DNA of 64,000 bases from Balanoglossus misakiensis (Eukaryota > Animalia > Hemichordata), in assembly GCA_040954595.2 (NCBI GenBank), contig CM082582.2, forward strand, positions 10,717,483-10,781,482. Direction: 5' to 3'. Of the stretch, positions 25,474 to 39,206 are shown in pieces. Made by a program: the position numbers and the translations under genes. Positions within the stretch are counted from its first letter, which is position 1. The number at the start of each line of letters is the position of its first letter. Under the pieces are notes generated by a model. The model was not told the origin of the DNA and searched no databases. It saw only the letters and a list, made by a program, of their open reading frames with translations.

Positions 25474-28400
25474 TTACCACAGTGCTGCCTCTTTCTTTCC
25501 CAGCAGTCCACTTTTCCGTTTCTCCTTTTTCTCCTTCTTGGCGTCGGCTTTCTTGTTGCCCGAATCCCTGACTCCCGAATGTCTGTGCATATCCATAGCG
25601 GGAGAGTTTTTACCTTTGACGGCGCTGACGGCATTTCCGTTTGGCGCCCCGGGCTGCTGCGGCGGCCCCTGCCGGCCGGACAGCCGAAGCCATCGCTCGT
25701 CTTGAGGGTGCAGGAAATCACGTCCTTGAGGTGTGACAATGTCTAATTTTAAGACTCCTTTGGAGTTCAGAATGATTCGAACCAACTCGTCGTGTTTGGA
25801 CCATTTCACGTCTTGATCACCGACCTTGACGATGAAATCACCGTCTTTCATTCCACTTTTCTGAGACGAAAAAGTAAAGTCAACAGTGACACTGTTATTG
25901 ATGGATTAATATTATCGATTAAATCAGTATCTCTTGCAAGTTTCATCACAACCTGATGCAGTAACTCTGGGTTTCAGAGCTGGACTTACCATGGCTGAGC
26001 CGTCTTTATCTAAACTGGCAACTATGACTGGGGAGTCTCCCCTCACTGTGAACCCAAAGCCATCCTCTGTTCTCTCCATTTCAACTGTGCGAGGCGCACT
26101 CCATCTGTGTTTGGCCGAGAAGATAGCCAGTGGTCCCTGCAAGCAAAAAAAGTCAAAGAGAGTGCATGAGTCAGCAGGCGTGATTGCTTATTAAGTATTT
26201 CGATTGAGTACTGATATTTGAACTTGACGCAATGAATGCATCATCGATATGTGCCGTGGAGTACTGCCAGAGATAATGGTATCCGTGGATCATTTCCGGG
26301 AAAAGTGGTATCCCGCACTTACCAGTCTATGGAAAATATCCATAACTTTGACTTGACTGAAATCCGGTGGTGTGATTTCTGCTTTCTGAGTCGTCAGTGC
26401 TGTGGAAATGAAACAGAATATCAATCTCTTAGCACTTCATTGTTCAAACAATATTTTCTTTTAAATGACATAAGACATACATCAATTCTTCTTATTTTTA
26501 ATACTTTTGAAAATTGAAAAGGGATTACTTACGTTGAATAGCTGGTACTGTCATGACATCGTAAAACTCATCTTCTTCATCGATTTCTGCATAACTGGCC
26601 ATTGACCTGTCATGAGCATGTCGTAGAATTTCTCCGACTGTGTCTATTTTCCGTAACATCTTGCTCATCCGATGGACACGCATTGCTTCTTCATGGGTCA
26701 TCAGTGCTGTATGTAAATGGGCTTTTGCTGGAGTCAAGAAAAAATGGGAATCATCAGATTTAGATCTTGTATCATCGTCATTACAACCACCACCACCACC
26801 ATCACCATCATCATCATCATCACCATAATCATCATCATCATCATCGAGTAGTAGTTACCTAATCTCTTCCTGTCTTCTGCATTCTTGGGTAAATATACTG
26901 GTGTGGGGTCTTCACGTTTGTCAGTTTTCACATGCAACTTTGGAAACAGGCTTTCCAAAACATCTTGATCACTGTTATCTGTAAAAACAAGAGCCACAGG
27001 GAATGAGAAAAAATCACTCACATCTTAAAAGTTCACCCTCTGAACCATCTCTCACCATACAATCTAAATAGAGCCTAGATGGTGACCTTTGACCTTACCT
27101 TTTTTGGCAAGTAGTCCCTTTGCAACGTAGTAATGTGACAATGCTTTGTAGTGAACAGATTTGACCAATGCCAGTGATATCCATGAATAGGGTACATAGT
27201 CCTTCACTGAATCCATATTCATTGCCCTGTGCACAGCTGTGTATGCCCGGCAAACCTACAGGATAAACCAATATATTTAATACCGAACCAATTTTTGATT
27301 TGTACTACTGTAACCATTGCCCCTTTTTAAGTGCTGATCGGTATAGACAGCGCCCTCTACAGATATGAAGTTTTGGTCCCTTTGTCTGCAAACAGCCTCA
27401 CAGTTTAGTTCAATAACAAAGCAAACACCTTCATTTCGTTTTCCCAACTAATTTATTACCAGACTCACCATTGCTGCTTCTTGAGCGACATCAATGCAAT
27501 TTTTCAAAGTTTCGTCTATCCCACCAATCATTTTCTTCTCAAAGACACATTCCTGGACCTGCGCCTGTTGATGTGGAAAAGGTAAGTGCATTGATTATTT
27601 TTGATTATTACTGGAGATGGATCTAGACAAGGAGAGTACTGTCAATGGCCAAACACAGTCTCAGATACAGAGGCATAGCCAGAAACACAAATGTACACGA
27701 ATACACGCACGCTATAAAGACACTCACCAACATCAGCAATATCAACATATTCAGGACAGAGCTACTCATATCCATACTTGGGGCATGGCTGAAGTTGTCC
27801 GTTAAGTAGCGGAATGCACCGGCTGCTTTTTGAAAATTTTCTATGGCTTTTTCGATTCCTTCCTTCTCAGTACGATCCTGAAATATAATCAAATCACTCC
27901 GTTAAAGGAAGATGCTCGTATTTCAGCAGAATGAAGAGCAATTCCACAATATACAATACCTGCATCTATGTGAGAACACCAGCTTCTCTTTTTGCTGTTT
28001 GAAGAGTAAATTGACACAGGAACTGACCAATCAGTACTTACCTGTTTGGCCCCTAGTTGAGTGTAGAGAGCGCCTATGTTGAACAAAACACTGCCTTTTT
28101 CAAATGCCACTGTTTTCTGGGCAGATGGGACACCTGTCAATGAGTCATACCTGTAAAGAAATAAAAACAAGATTGAGTGTGAAAATGACTGGCTATAACA
28201 TTGTCACATTTCAGGATACTTGTTCTCATACAGGAGTAAAGCTTGGCATATTATCACTGCATTATTTTCAGGCTGTTTTCACCAGGTGAATTCACAGTTA
28301 TCTTATTAAAGGGATACAGTATGGACACATATGCACAGGGGTGGGGAATGGTGAAAGAGTCTGATGAAAAATATACGCTGACATACCAGTGAAAGTATAT

Positions 28401-31400
28401 TCCTATGTGTCTATCAAGAGGGAAAAATCTATTTTCTACAAAATATAGTTGATTATAATATTCAAACAGCAATTCCAATCCTTCTTCATTTCTTTTGGGT
28501 GTCCTCATGGCCTGAAAAAAAAGATACAAAATAGTCAGACTTTCAGAAACACGATCGCACGCACTTTTAATTAGTACATCTTACTTGAATGCATGGTTGC
28601 TTGGTTTGACCAGCCTTCTGGATAAATTTCTCTCAAAATGAAATTCTTTGAAAATTTTGCATTTTTGTGGCATTCCCAGACAATTCTTTTCATTGTCCCA
28701 GCTCTGTCCATGTGTGTAGCTGAGACAAGTGGTTTCAGAACAACTTAAAATGCTCAAAAGCAATAATATTTACCTGTCTCAGTGCCATGAGATCAGTGAT
28801 TTCCTTTTCGTAGGTGTCGCAGTCTTCACTGTAATGTTCTAAAATGAAGTCCTGTGAGACAACCAAAAAGCCATAAATTAATGTTATCATCTATCAGTGT
28901 CTGATGGGTTAGACACGCTTCTCATTATAAATGATGTAATCTTGATCACATCCTCGTCAAGTAAATCGCGTGCGAACTTCTGTACTGATGATGTGAGCTT
29001 GTGCCCTCGCTGGACTAGTCACAATCAAATTTGTAGGCAGAAAAATTACGCTGCCTGTGTGGTTCAATCAAATTCCGATTGAAGCAGACCCCAACTGCCC
29101 TCTCCGTTGCATTGTAATTATCAATGTCTTAAATTACTTGTGCAGAGAAGCTGTACTGTAATTTATTGATGCAGTCAAGCTAAAAAAAATTAGCGAGTTA
29201 CACAAATTACAAGAGTTCCCTTGTTCTCAATATTTGAAGATCCAATAACTGAAACAAGCAAAGAGGGACATAATCAGCATATCTGAACAGTGTTCAAGTA
29301 ATCAGATCTTGAAACACCAGTGGGAATACAGACAAACATAGAAAGAGGTCACACCGATACTTGGCAAGGTAATTTGATAGGCACACATTACACCTACTTC
29401 TACAAGTACACCAAAGTTATTTACTCTTGTAGAGTACAGTCACATGTGACTGGCTTTAGGTAAAATGTGATTGTAAACCTTTGAACTTTGACTGAACTCT
29501 GGGACTGCAGGATCATCTTTCGTCCCCCTGTGGATGAAGATATTCACTTCCACACTTCACAGGAATCGAGAAACGACCGGCTCAAATTTATGCCCCAAGC
29601 GGCGGAGCGATGTCTCTTCAAACATAAATAAACATTTGCCACCGACTTTCTCTGTTTCTACAGACATCATCAACAATTCAAGAGATGAGGAAGGACTTGA
29701 CTGAATGCAACTAGAAAGTTTCATCTGAATGCTAAACTTCCCTGTTTCTATGGAATTACTATTTGATTTTAGATTTCACTTCTCTAAAATGTGTTTCCTT
29801 CTGGAAAATCCTCCTGATACCAAAGCATACTTCTCCCTATGAGGAAGTCACAAACTTGTTAGTCATACAAAAGCTGGGGGAACTGACAGCTGATATCCCC
29901 CAAAACAACCCCCACCCCTAAAGCACCCACAATGCAACGCTCACCTTGAAAGGGATGGTGAAGTCTACATCTTTGGTTTCCTTGAGGCCCAGTGGGATCA
30001 TGGGTACACTGGAGGTCAGGCTGTCATTCTGGTAAGCCTCCACGTCACTGTTCAGGTTCTCCAGCTCCTCTTTGAGCAACTGTAAATTGGAGTTCACAAA
30101 ACTGAGTTCTAAAGCCACTTGTTCCTTCAGCTTCTTATTGCTGGCAGCCCTACACACAGAAAAAGAAAATGGAAAATAAGAAGTCAGAAAAATAAGAAGT
30201 CAGAAAAACTCTACCCATCTTTTCCTCACAGCTCTCCCTCAGGGACAGTGGTACTAAATCAACAGAACATTCTTCCTCAAGCACAGTGCGATAAAATTCA
30301 CTTGTGTACTTAGCCAAAAAAGCAGCTTTACATTCACTGCGTTCAATTGCTTTGATTCAACTAGAGCCCACGCATCATGGGCCCTAGGGTCCCTGATGAA
30401 GTACATGTGTATGGGTTGCTGGGATTTCAGTGTTTCCACAGTCACAGAAACTTTAATTGCATCCTTTTGATATATTACAGTCTCAGGGCATCGGGACAGA
30501 GTTGCAGAGCTTAAAAGGTTTTGATTTGTTTTAAGGTGGTTGTCTCTGTGCTCCGCCTTCTGACCCGGGTTGGCTTGAGACAATCAAGCGCGGCGGGAGA
30601 TTGTGTTATTAAGGTGGCCGCAATCGATCACTGTCATGTGGGCAGTGAAAGGGAAACAAGACAAAAACGCCAAGCCGGATCACAGCAAACAAACCAAACA
30701 AAGATTCATATCACCAGACATGGTTTATGTCCCTACAGTGGTACTGCACCGTCAGGGCAAACAATGCGTGGTTGCGTTAATGGGACAAAACATAAACTTT
30801 AATATGTTCTCCCCTACTCCAGCCAGGGCACATAAACTTGAAGATCCGACAGACACTCCCACTTAAACGTCCTTTGAAAAGTTGAAACACAATGCCTCAC
30901 CCCATGCTAATGTCATGGGCATTGTCATGGGAGGGCACCAACTGGGAACAGTCTCTTGCCGACCCTGAACAGAACTTGACCTGACCTACAGACTTAAGCC
31001 AGTTCAACCATCACCGTCAAAACCACTAGAGCGTTAAAACACAGAAGAAAGACAGATGCATGCCTGTATGTACTGTCCAAGGTGACACTGATCATCACAG
31101 GCTTTCTGTGTGTACTCAGACAGGGTCACTTGTTGTACCACAGTTTAATAGCTTTGTTTATTTTTCACTGCTCAACGCAAGCAACACTTACAAAAGGCTG
31201 CACCTCCGTCCAGCAATGCAGTCCTTGGCGTACGTCAGTGTCCAGTACTGTACGTCTCAACCCATAATTCCTAACCCTGAACAGAGCTAGACCTGACCTA
31301 CAAGGCTCAAAACATATCCAGTCTGAACAATGTCAGGCATCTCTGGGAAAGAGCAGAGTGACATCACTCTACAGATATGGTTAATGATGTTGTTTATCAC

Positions 31401-34400
31401 ACACTAGTCTACATTTAGAATTGCTACATGTATTTTGGGATACTTTGACAGCTGAACATTACACTATCCAGGTTTACGAGAATAAGTTCTCAAATTTACT
31501 TGAATCCATCCTCTATAATAATTAACACTAAACACTAATAATTCATTCTTGGATTTGAATAAAAAATATATAAATTTATGCAAACAAAGTCATGTCTATT
31601 TTTAAAGATTCAATATGATGTTTACATCATGTTTCTGCACTATCAGGGGATGGCGTCTGCCTGTGCAGATTGACAGCTGTTACTGAAACAGTTGGGGAAA
31701 ATTTTCCTACAGAATATATTATAGTTAGTCAGTCAGTTAATGTATTATAGCAAAAAGAAATGATACAACGTATGAAATGTATATTTCAATTAAATGTCTC
31801 AGTAGTCTAAAGGGTAAGATACATTTACTGGATCATGACACTGAGTACTTCACACGGATGAGCACCTGTTTTACCAATCTTCAATAAATTTGGTCTAGTA
31901 TATAGGTAGTAGTTCTCCTACTGGAACGTTTGATTTCACTTGAGACTTGTTTGTCAGGGTGTGTGGGGTGGAAGATGAATGCATTGAACAATTTAGAGCA
32001 CAGACAACATTCAGTTATGCATTCTAGTTTCAAACCATACTTGTCACTCTTGGTTGATTTCTGCATGAATTCTCAACATAGCCAAAATCAACATATTCAC
32101 AAAGTGGCAGTTCTGTTGACCCTTTGCAAGTAAAAAAGGCTTCTGTGAAAAGAAGCAATGGTCGTTGGACAGTTAGGTAATGTACTGTAATTACTGGCTA
32201 TCCAAACAGGACTTCCCTTGGAGAGAATAAAGGAATTTCAATTTGAAAAGGTCTCGGGCTCATTGTGGAAAGATTCCATCTTTGTTCAGAAACTATTTTT
32301 AGTTGGTGGATTGTGGCAAGTATGTGGCCAAGCTATATATCAGGAGAATGAACTAAAAAACACAAGATTTAACAGAAAGGTTTGACAGACATAGAGATTT
32401 CGACAAAGAGTTGAGACCATACAAAAAAATCAAATAATTAAACAGAAAAAAAACCCATCTAGATCAGAGTGATCTGCTGTAGGCATCTAAGGTATACCCA
32501 AAAGAGTGACTGTCTTCTCTATTCAAAGCGATCTAGCTGCTAGCTATAAGCTCTGTCTGTAATATGTCTGAGTGTTGAACTGTTCTCTGAGAATACACGT
32601 TCTTGTTTAGCCAGCAGTCAAAGTAGATAAAGCCATTATAACACTGAAGCTGTTCACAGTAAACATACATTTGTCGCCAATGCAGCAGTGTCTGTTTTCA
32701 TGAAGCTGTAAGTGTACTTTTTCTAATCTGCACGGCAACGCATCTAAACTCCCTATCAAAAACTCTTCACTTTTTCTTGTCATTCGAGTGTTAAAGAAAA
32801 TACAACAGCAGAGGTCTGCTATTGCATTTTATAGGAAAGTGGCTGGGGAGCTGTAATAAAAAACTCTCTTAAAAAATCTCTGTAAGGCGGATGTAATTTT
32901 GTATGCAGTTTTATGAATAATAAGACATGCGTGTGCCTGCATCCAATTTGTTAATTATACCCCAACAAATCCGATCAGCAGGACACTTTTTACATCTTAA
33001 CAGGTGGCCATGCACACATGCATGAAACGGAATTGGGGTCGCAGGTCGTAGGTTAGATGTCGCACAACATTCCAAAGCTTCATCACAGCGTGTTAAAACT
33101 AGAGAGTACTTTATAATGTTGGTGTTTTTAAAAAAAAGTGGTGAGACTGAGATTGGCATTAGAGGATCTGGTGCAGACTCAGGCTGAAACAGTTTCTCTG
33201 CAATTCCCATCACACTTAATAGGGACCCGCTCTTTGTGATCTGAGAATGTTTTCCAGATAAGAAACTGACTGGGGCGAAATTAAGATATGGTGATGACCA
33301 ACAGCAGTCGTGCATGGATACTTATCTTAACTCGGTCTTGTAAAATCAGTGACAAGCTACGTCAAACATAGCACAGGATCAACAGTGCAGAACCAAGCAA
33401 CATGTTTATGTGCAAGTACTTGTTTTATAGAGGGGAGAAACGGCCAAATTAGCCGACAAAGTGGCTTTCAAAGATGGAATGTGCTGGAGCCATTTCTCAC
33501 AGTCACTGTATCTAAAATCTTATTGTGCTGGAAATTCTCAGAGTACCGAAATAACTGTGCTATCAATAGTATGGCCATTTCACCATGTTGACTTCAGGTA
33601 CACTGTGAATTTTTGTCATTCTGGTAAAAGATTTTTGGAGATGACTGATGTTAAGCTGACCAGGTTACTTTTAAATAATGCAGGACAGCACTAATTAATA
33701 CACATCAATTTTTTAAAAATTTATTTTTGGTTTAATTAAACTATTCTTCTTTAACACTACAGTGAAACCGTATGTTCTCATTGTTTGAGCTTGATTGTCT
33801 GACCATCTGCACTCATGAGATTATTAAATTATCGAAATAATCAAATTACTATTGGTTTCTTTGGCACATTTGATATCAAACAATTAAATTTTATGATCAG
33901 ATTGCCAATGTATTACATAATGGGACAAGTTTTAATGCTGGATGAACCACTTTAATAGCAGCTGTGTGTAGTGATTGATTTCCTGAGGAAAGTCGATATA
34001 TTTTGACTAGGATGGAAAAGACTGTGTAATGTTCACTTTTAACACATTCACTTTGAAGCGCTCAAACGGGTGTACGTCATATACGTTTCTTTGAATAAAA
34101 TTCTGTAACACATCCCTGTCAGAGATGAACTGAATACGCTTGTCGAAGATGTTGTGAATCAGATATGTAGACTGTCACGTCCTGGCATTGTGGCTGTCCT
34201 CAACACATTCACACTGAGGCAGACAGCAGATGTTTTCACTAATCTTGCAATTGTCTGAGCATGTTTCTGCCGCACAGTCACGTCAGCTTTGTGGCCTTGT
34301 TAAAATTGCTTGGCAGTACAAGATGAGGTCTGTGTTTTTTCATTGCTTATTTCAGGAAATTGGACGGCCTGCAATCATCACCTGTGCTGTGCTCACCGAC

Positions 34401-37241
34401 AACTGAAGCGGAGCCTCGTTGCAAGTTGACATTTAAAATCACAACTCACTATAACTGAAAGTCTTCACACAATTTAACATAGACGGAGAGTCTGGCTATC
34501 ATGCACATAGCATGAGAAACCTCAATCTATAAATACTGGTATAAAACAGCATTTTGCTGAATATTAAATTACAAACCTGTTTACAGCAATTTTGATGTAT
34601 CACATTAATGTCCCAAAAATAGATCCATGTTTGTTTTTCCTGTACTCTGTAGTTCATATTCACATTAGTGCAATAAGAGGAAAATATCTCATCACAAAAT
34701 AATGGGAGGAGTAATATCTGGCCAGTACCATGATACAACAATGTGGAAAGATGTTATAAAACAGACGTTATGGATTACATCATTCACAATGCATATTAAT
34801 CACTTTGAAGCTGTTGTTTTTTTGTAATGGATCCAGATATCTCCAACTGGGACTGATGCCTCACTTAAACTATACAGGATGGGTTACACCCAGCTATGTA
34901 AACACACATACAGGCATGGGAATAGGCTTGACCTGAAAAGAAAACTCTTATAATCCAGGTCAATGATAGTGCAAACAGAACGTTAAGGAGAAGAAAATGC
35001 TGTCTGTGTTTTGAACATTCATGAGGGGTTGTGATAATGAAAGCAACAACGCGACAATGATGGCTATCCAAACGTAATGAAATTAATCTGCACATATCAT
35101 TTATTTCAGTTTCCCCGACTGATATATTTAGAATGAATGATTGGATATAATTCATAGTATTTAGTAAATTGATTAATATGAATAATGGGTCAATATTGCA
35201 ATAGCCAAGCAATGCATCAATAAAGGGACAAAGGAGCTACATGTATCCATTTCTGAAATGGACATTTTAATCTGACGCCACTCACCATATTTCCATATCC
35301 ACTGTGTATGTTTTATTTTTTAAAACACTTGAATGAACGATAAATTTTTCTTCCCACCATCAGTGCTACACCAGCACTTCTGCTGGCTAGCAACATGCTC
35401 ACAAAGAAACATAATAGATGTAGGTTTTGCTCTCAATTCACAAGATGTCATGTTTACACGACGTCTCTTTCAACGCAACAGGAAATTACTTTAGTTCAAC
35501 TAAACACTGCTTCCCCATACAAGTACTTTACTTTCAGTTCACATTCACGTTTTTGCCGGGTCTGTCTGGATCCAGCGATATACTAGAAAAATGTCTAGAT
35601 TAATAAAAAAAATATGAACCACTCATAACAGTGTACGGCACTTAGAGTAGAACTACTAGTAGTAGCAATTTTCCTCTTCCTGTTCAATCTATTATGAGGC
35701 GAAGTGCCCACAGCAGATCTAATTATTTTCATGAATAACATACACATTTTGGTTTTTCCAGAAAAATCATAATCATAACATTTTTTTAAAAAGATACTTG
35801 TCTTGATATGCTAAAGAAATATTTACCCTTCTCACTTGTAAACATTTCGGAGACTAACACGATTTTCAAAAAAACTCAAATTCTGGCGCTGAAAGAATAC
35901 GCTTCTTTCCCTGTTTTCTGTTAGTGTCAAGGTTACTGAGTAAACAGTTAGTAATTCAGCGAGGCTAAATAAATAAACCCGGTCATCAAATATAACCTGG
36001 CCTTCACTAAAACCCCCATTATTTGACCTTGTTCAGGTCAGCCAGATAAAATAAAACCAGTATATTAACAGCTGTTAGTATTAGCTTTTCTTGGCAAATA
36101 TGAGGTCATCGGAAAGATGCCACTGCATGTATTTAGCGATAAACTCTGCATACCACAATTTGGTGATAAACTCCACCAAATCAATTTTATTGCTGTCTGA
36201 GGAAGATTAATTTCTTGATCTTGGTGCCTGCAGTGCACTCTGGGGTGTATGTCGAGTAGACACAAAGTGGAATTTGAACAAACCCAGTCTAAAGTTCAGT
36301 GTTGAGTGATAATACTGAAACCTTGGTGAAATAATTATATAAAATGTTTTAAGTGAATATTGGAAGTGTTGTCCTAAAAGTACATTCGGTCGATGAACCT
36401 GCGATTTTGAATATATCGACCATTTCACTATAAAGAGATACGGTGACTCAATTAAAAACCGAATCAATACATTACGTATCACACGAAAAGAACCTGTACA
36501 CACCCAGGAAGTGATTTCGAAGTGGGTAGGTGGAATTATGTATCACCTGGCTTTTTCATGGTTATTTAATTTGGGTGGAATATTAAAATATAAAGGAAGG
36601 TATGTCTGTCATTGTGTTTGGGAAACGTGTCACTGATCCAGAGCAGAGAAGGAATTTTTACTGCTCTGCTCTGGAACAGTTTCAATACCCGGCGTTACAC
36701 TTACTTGAAGAGGTTTTCGGCGCCTGCCCGCATTCGCATCTCCTTGTTGATTTGGTGGTTGAGTTTCTGTCGTCTGTTCTGCATTTTGCCGCGTACTGTT
36801 TGAGCGAGAGGATCGGAGCCCTGGAAAGAAATCGGCGATTTGTGACACTGGCAATCATGATTTGAAACTGGCCTACGTGAAGGCGGTCACACCGAGACTG
36901 CGCTGCAGACGCAATTAGTGTTTATACAAACAATCGAAAGTTATGCTAACTGTCGGTGCTAACACAAATGTTTATCCATTTACACTTATGTTATTATACC
37001 CGGCACAATCAAACAAACCATACCCGTAGTAATAGTGCCCAACATGGAAATATATCTAGTGGTATTCCATAAACGTAGAAGTCAAGCTTCTTCGCAGGTA
37101 CCGGTTAATATTGTCATCTGCTCGTTCGTCGCAACTGTCCTTTTTTCGATAAAACAAAACCCCATTGCAGACAAGCGTACCGCTTACCTTTCGAAGTGAT
37201 TTACCGTTTGCTTCCACGCCGTTCGCAACCACTTCCGTCAT
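25474..37241 (-). CDS. RHPN2: Rhophilin (HR1 + BRO1 + PDZ Rho effector)
   Basis: Exons include 37241-37188 (MTEVVANG..), 36820-36705 ([27 protein letters not shown]1), 30149-29945 ([28 protein letters not shown]), 28851-28774 ([10 protein letters not shown]), the BRO1 exons ([25 protein letters not shown]) and the PDZ exons ([22 protein letters not shown]). Stop at 25474. Likely co-orthologous to RHPN1 and RHPN2. Confidence 0.92.
26771..26845 (+). repeat. Compound (CAC/CAT)n trinucleotide microsatellite in a rhophilin intron
   Basis: atcatcgtcattacaaccaccaccaccaccatcaccatcatcatcatcatcaccataatcatcatcatcatcatc. Confidence 0.85.
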
Positions 37242-37755
37242 CCTCTCATATCAGCGAAACTTATCTGCCTTACGTAACTGAGCGAGAAACTTCTCTCAGA
37301 CGTCCAATAGTTTGTTGTCCCCTGACTGCAGCGTCGTCGTCGACTGTTATCAACACGAATACGTAGTAGGAGTTCGCTGGAAAACGCCCTGAGACTAAAC
37401 CTTGTGACGTCACCAGATCGGGTCAGCCTCTTTCACGTATGTAAGTCACTTAAGCGCTTAGTTGTTCTTTTGCTCCACAAATAAGCAAAATGGCGAGTCT
37501 TCTTGGCACTTTTCATAAATAATGTGAAATGAATACGGTAAATTTAATACAATACCTTTAGACGTTGTTGACCGTTGTCAAAATAAAATAAACGGGAAAG
37601 AGGCCATTATATCTCGCCCTCAGCGTTGACCCTTTGCGGAAGGGGTTCCCTGTGTAAATTTCACTCACATGTACATTTTGCGTGTTACAAACGGTATGGT
37701 GTTGTCGTGACAGTTGTTTTTCCCAGAAGTGTAGCAACCTACTGATTTTAAAAAC
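37242..37755. promoter_or_regulatory. Bidirectional promoter, rhophilin / RAB5IF
   Basis: Divergent ATGs ~515 bp apart; CpG-containing; full CRE TGACGTCA at 37405-37412; YY1-like AAAATGGCG near 37487. Confidence 0.65.
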
Positions 37756-38650
37756 ATGTCGACTACCAGGAAGAGGAAAGGGGACGCCAACACGTCGGTT
37801 TCGTCAACGACGACGACATCATCTATTTGGCAGAGGGCGTTATCATCGAAATCGGAATGGCAAGACAAAGTAAGTTGTTGGTACATAAACAATGCACAAC
37901 CCTGCCACGCAGAGCTACACGTATTGTAGAAACCATCACTCAATCTTGGCCATGACTGTGTGATACAACTAAAAAGAAAACCCTTCTTTTTAATTGCAGG
38001 ATGAATTCTTAGATGTTGTGTACTGGATGAAACAGATTTTGTCCCTTGTGATAGGAGCATTATGGGGATTCATTCCATTGACGGGCATTGTCGGAATAGG
38101 ATTGTAAGTACCTGGGGTCAAAGTGGCTATATAAAACACTTACGGACACACCTATGTTCTTTGATTGGTCAGAAAATATTTGTCTTGTGACAGGGTACAC
38201 TTTTGTATGTGACCTTTAACCTTTCAATGTATGACAGTGTTTCTGAGCAGTGGCCGTATTTTTGCCAACTTTTTGTATCTTGTCTCTCGTCCAGATTTGG
38301 TGCAGTCAACACCGTAGTCACATACGTCTATACAATGACGTATCAAAAAATAGATGAAGATGAATATGGAGGAATTTGGGAAATTATAAAAGAAGGCTTT
38401 ATGTCATCATTTGCAATGTTTTTGGTAAGTTTAAGAAAGAACTGACTGGTATGCATTTATGTATGTATATGTGATTGTACAGTTTCCAAGTGACTTTCTG
38501 ACCACGAGAACACTTCAGAAGCCTAGCATGTAGCATTTTTTGCCAGAGTCAGTTAGTCAGCTGGTGTTTGTGTGCGTCCTTACAAATATATTCCATCTTT
38601 CATTGCAGGTTGCGTGGATATTTGTTTACTCAGCTCTGCACTTTGATTGA
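37756..38650 (+). CDS. RAB5IF: RAB5-interacting factor / C20orf24 (OPTI, EMC6-like small membrane protein)
   Basis: Exons ~37756-37869, 38000-38103, 38295-38423, 38609-38650 give ..EWQDKDEFLDVVYWMKQILSLVIGALWGFIPLTGIVGIGLFGAVN..QKIDEDEYGGIWEIIKEGFMSSFAMFLVAWIFVYSALHFD*. Confidence 0.92.
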
Positions 38651-39034
38651 CCTTTGACACAGCCCTTCCAGATAGCCCAGTGCCAACTCGACTGCTGCAG
38701 TTCAAAAGAAGCCAATCAGTCTCTTTTTTGCAATGTCATCAATCATAAAGTGATGGATATTGGTTATCAGATTATGCTGTGGATATACATTGTGCATAAA
38801 GTTTCTATGTATCCAGGAATTAGAATAAAACCAGTTTTATGTTGATATCCATATGTAGGTTTGAATTGTCCATTTCTTTTTTTAGCCTATCTGCCCTTTT
38901 GTCAAAGCTTTGTGGAATATTTTTATGTTTTGTTGGACATTAAAACTGCCAAAACTTTGTGGAATGCCATCCTCGACATCTCTTTCTGAGTCCATTGAAC
39001 ATACTTTCTGGCAAAAGTTGTGTTCCAGGTTTGT

Positions 39035-39052
39035 GACCACTAGGGGGCGCTG
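39035..39052 (+). promoter_or_regulatory. CTCF consensus site
   Basis: GACCACTAGGGGGCGCTG matches the CTCF core CCACYAGRKGGCRS; it lies between the convergent 3' ends of RAB5IF and the oxidase gene. Confidence 0.6.
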
Positions 39053-39206
39053 TTATCAAACTGGGAATAAGAGGAGTCTGCAATTGAAGTCTTTAATGTT
39101 TTCTATTTATACCGAATACAGTTATCACGGGGAATTTCCCCCATGATAACTCTTAAGTTTCATGACAATTGTCAAGGTGGCAAAGTGCATTTTCCTCTTT
39201 TCCCCA

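Noticed and set aside
26734-27021. ORF with a poly-Met/poly-Val run
   Set aside because: Translation of an intronic (CAT/CAC)n microsatellite beyond a rhophilin splice donor.
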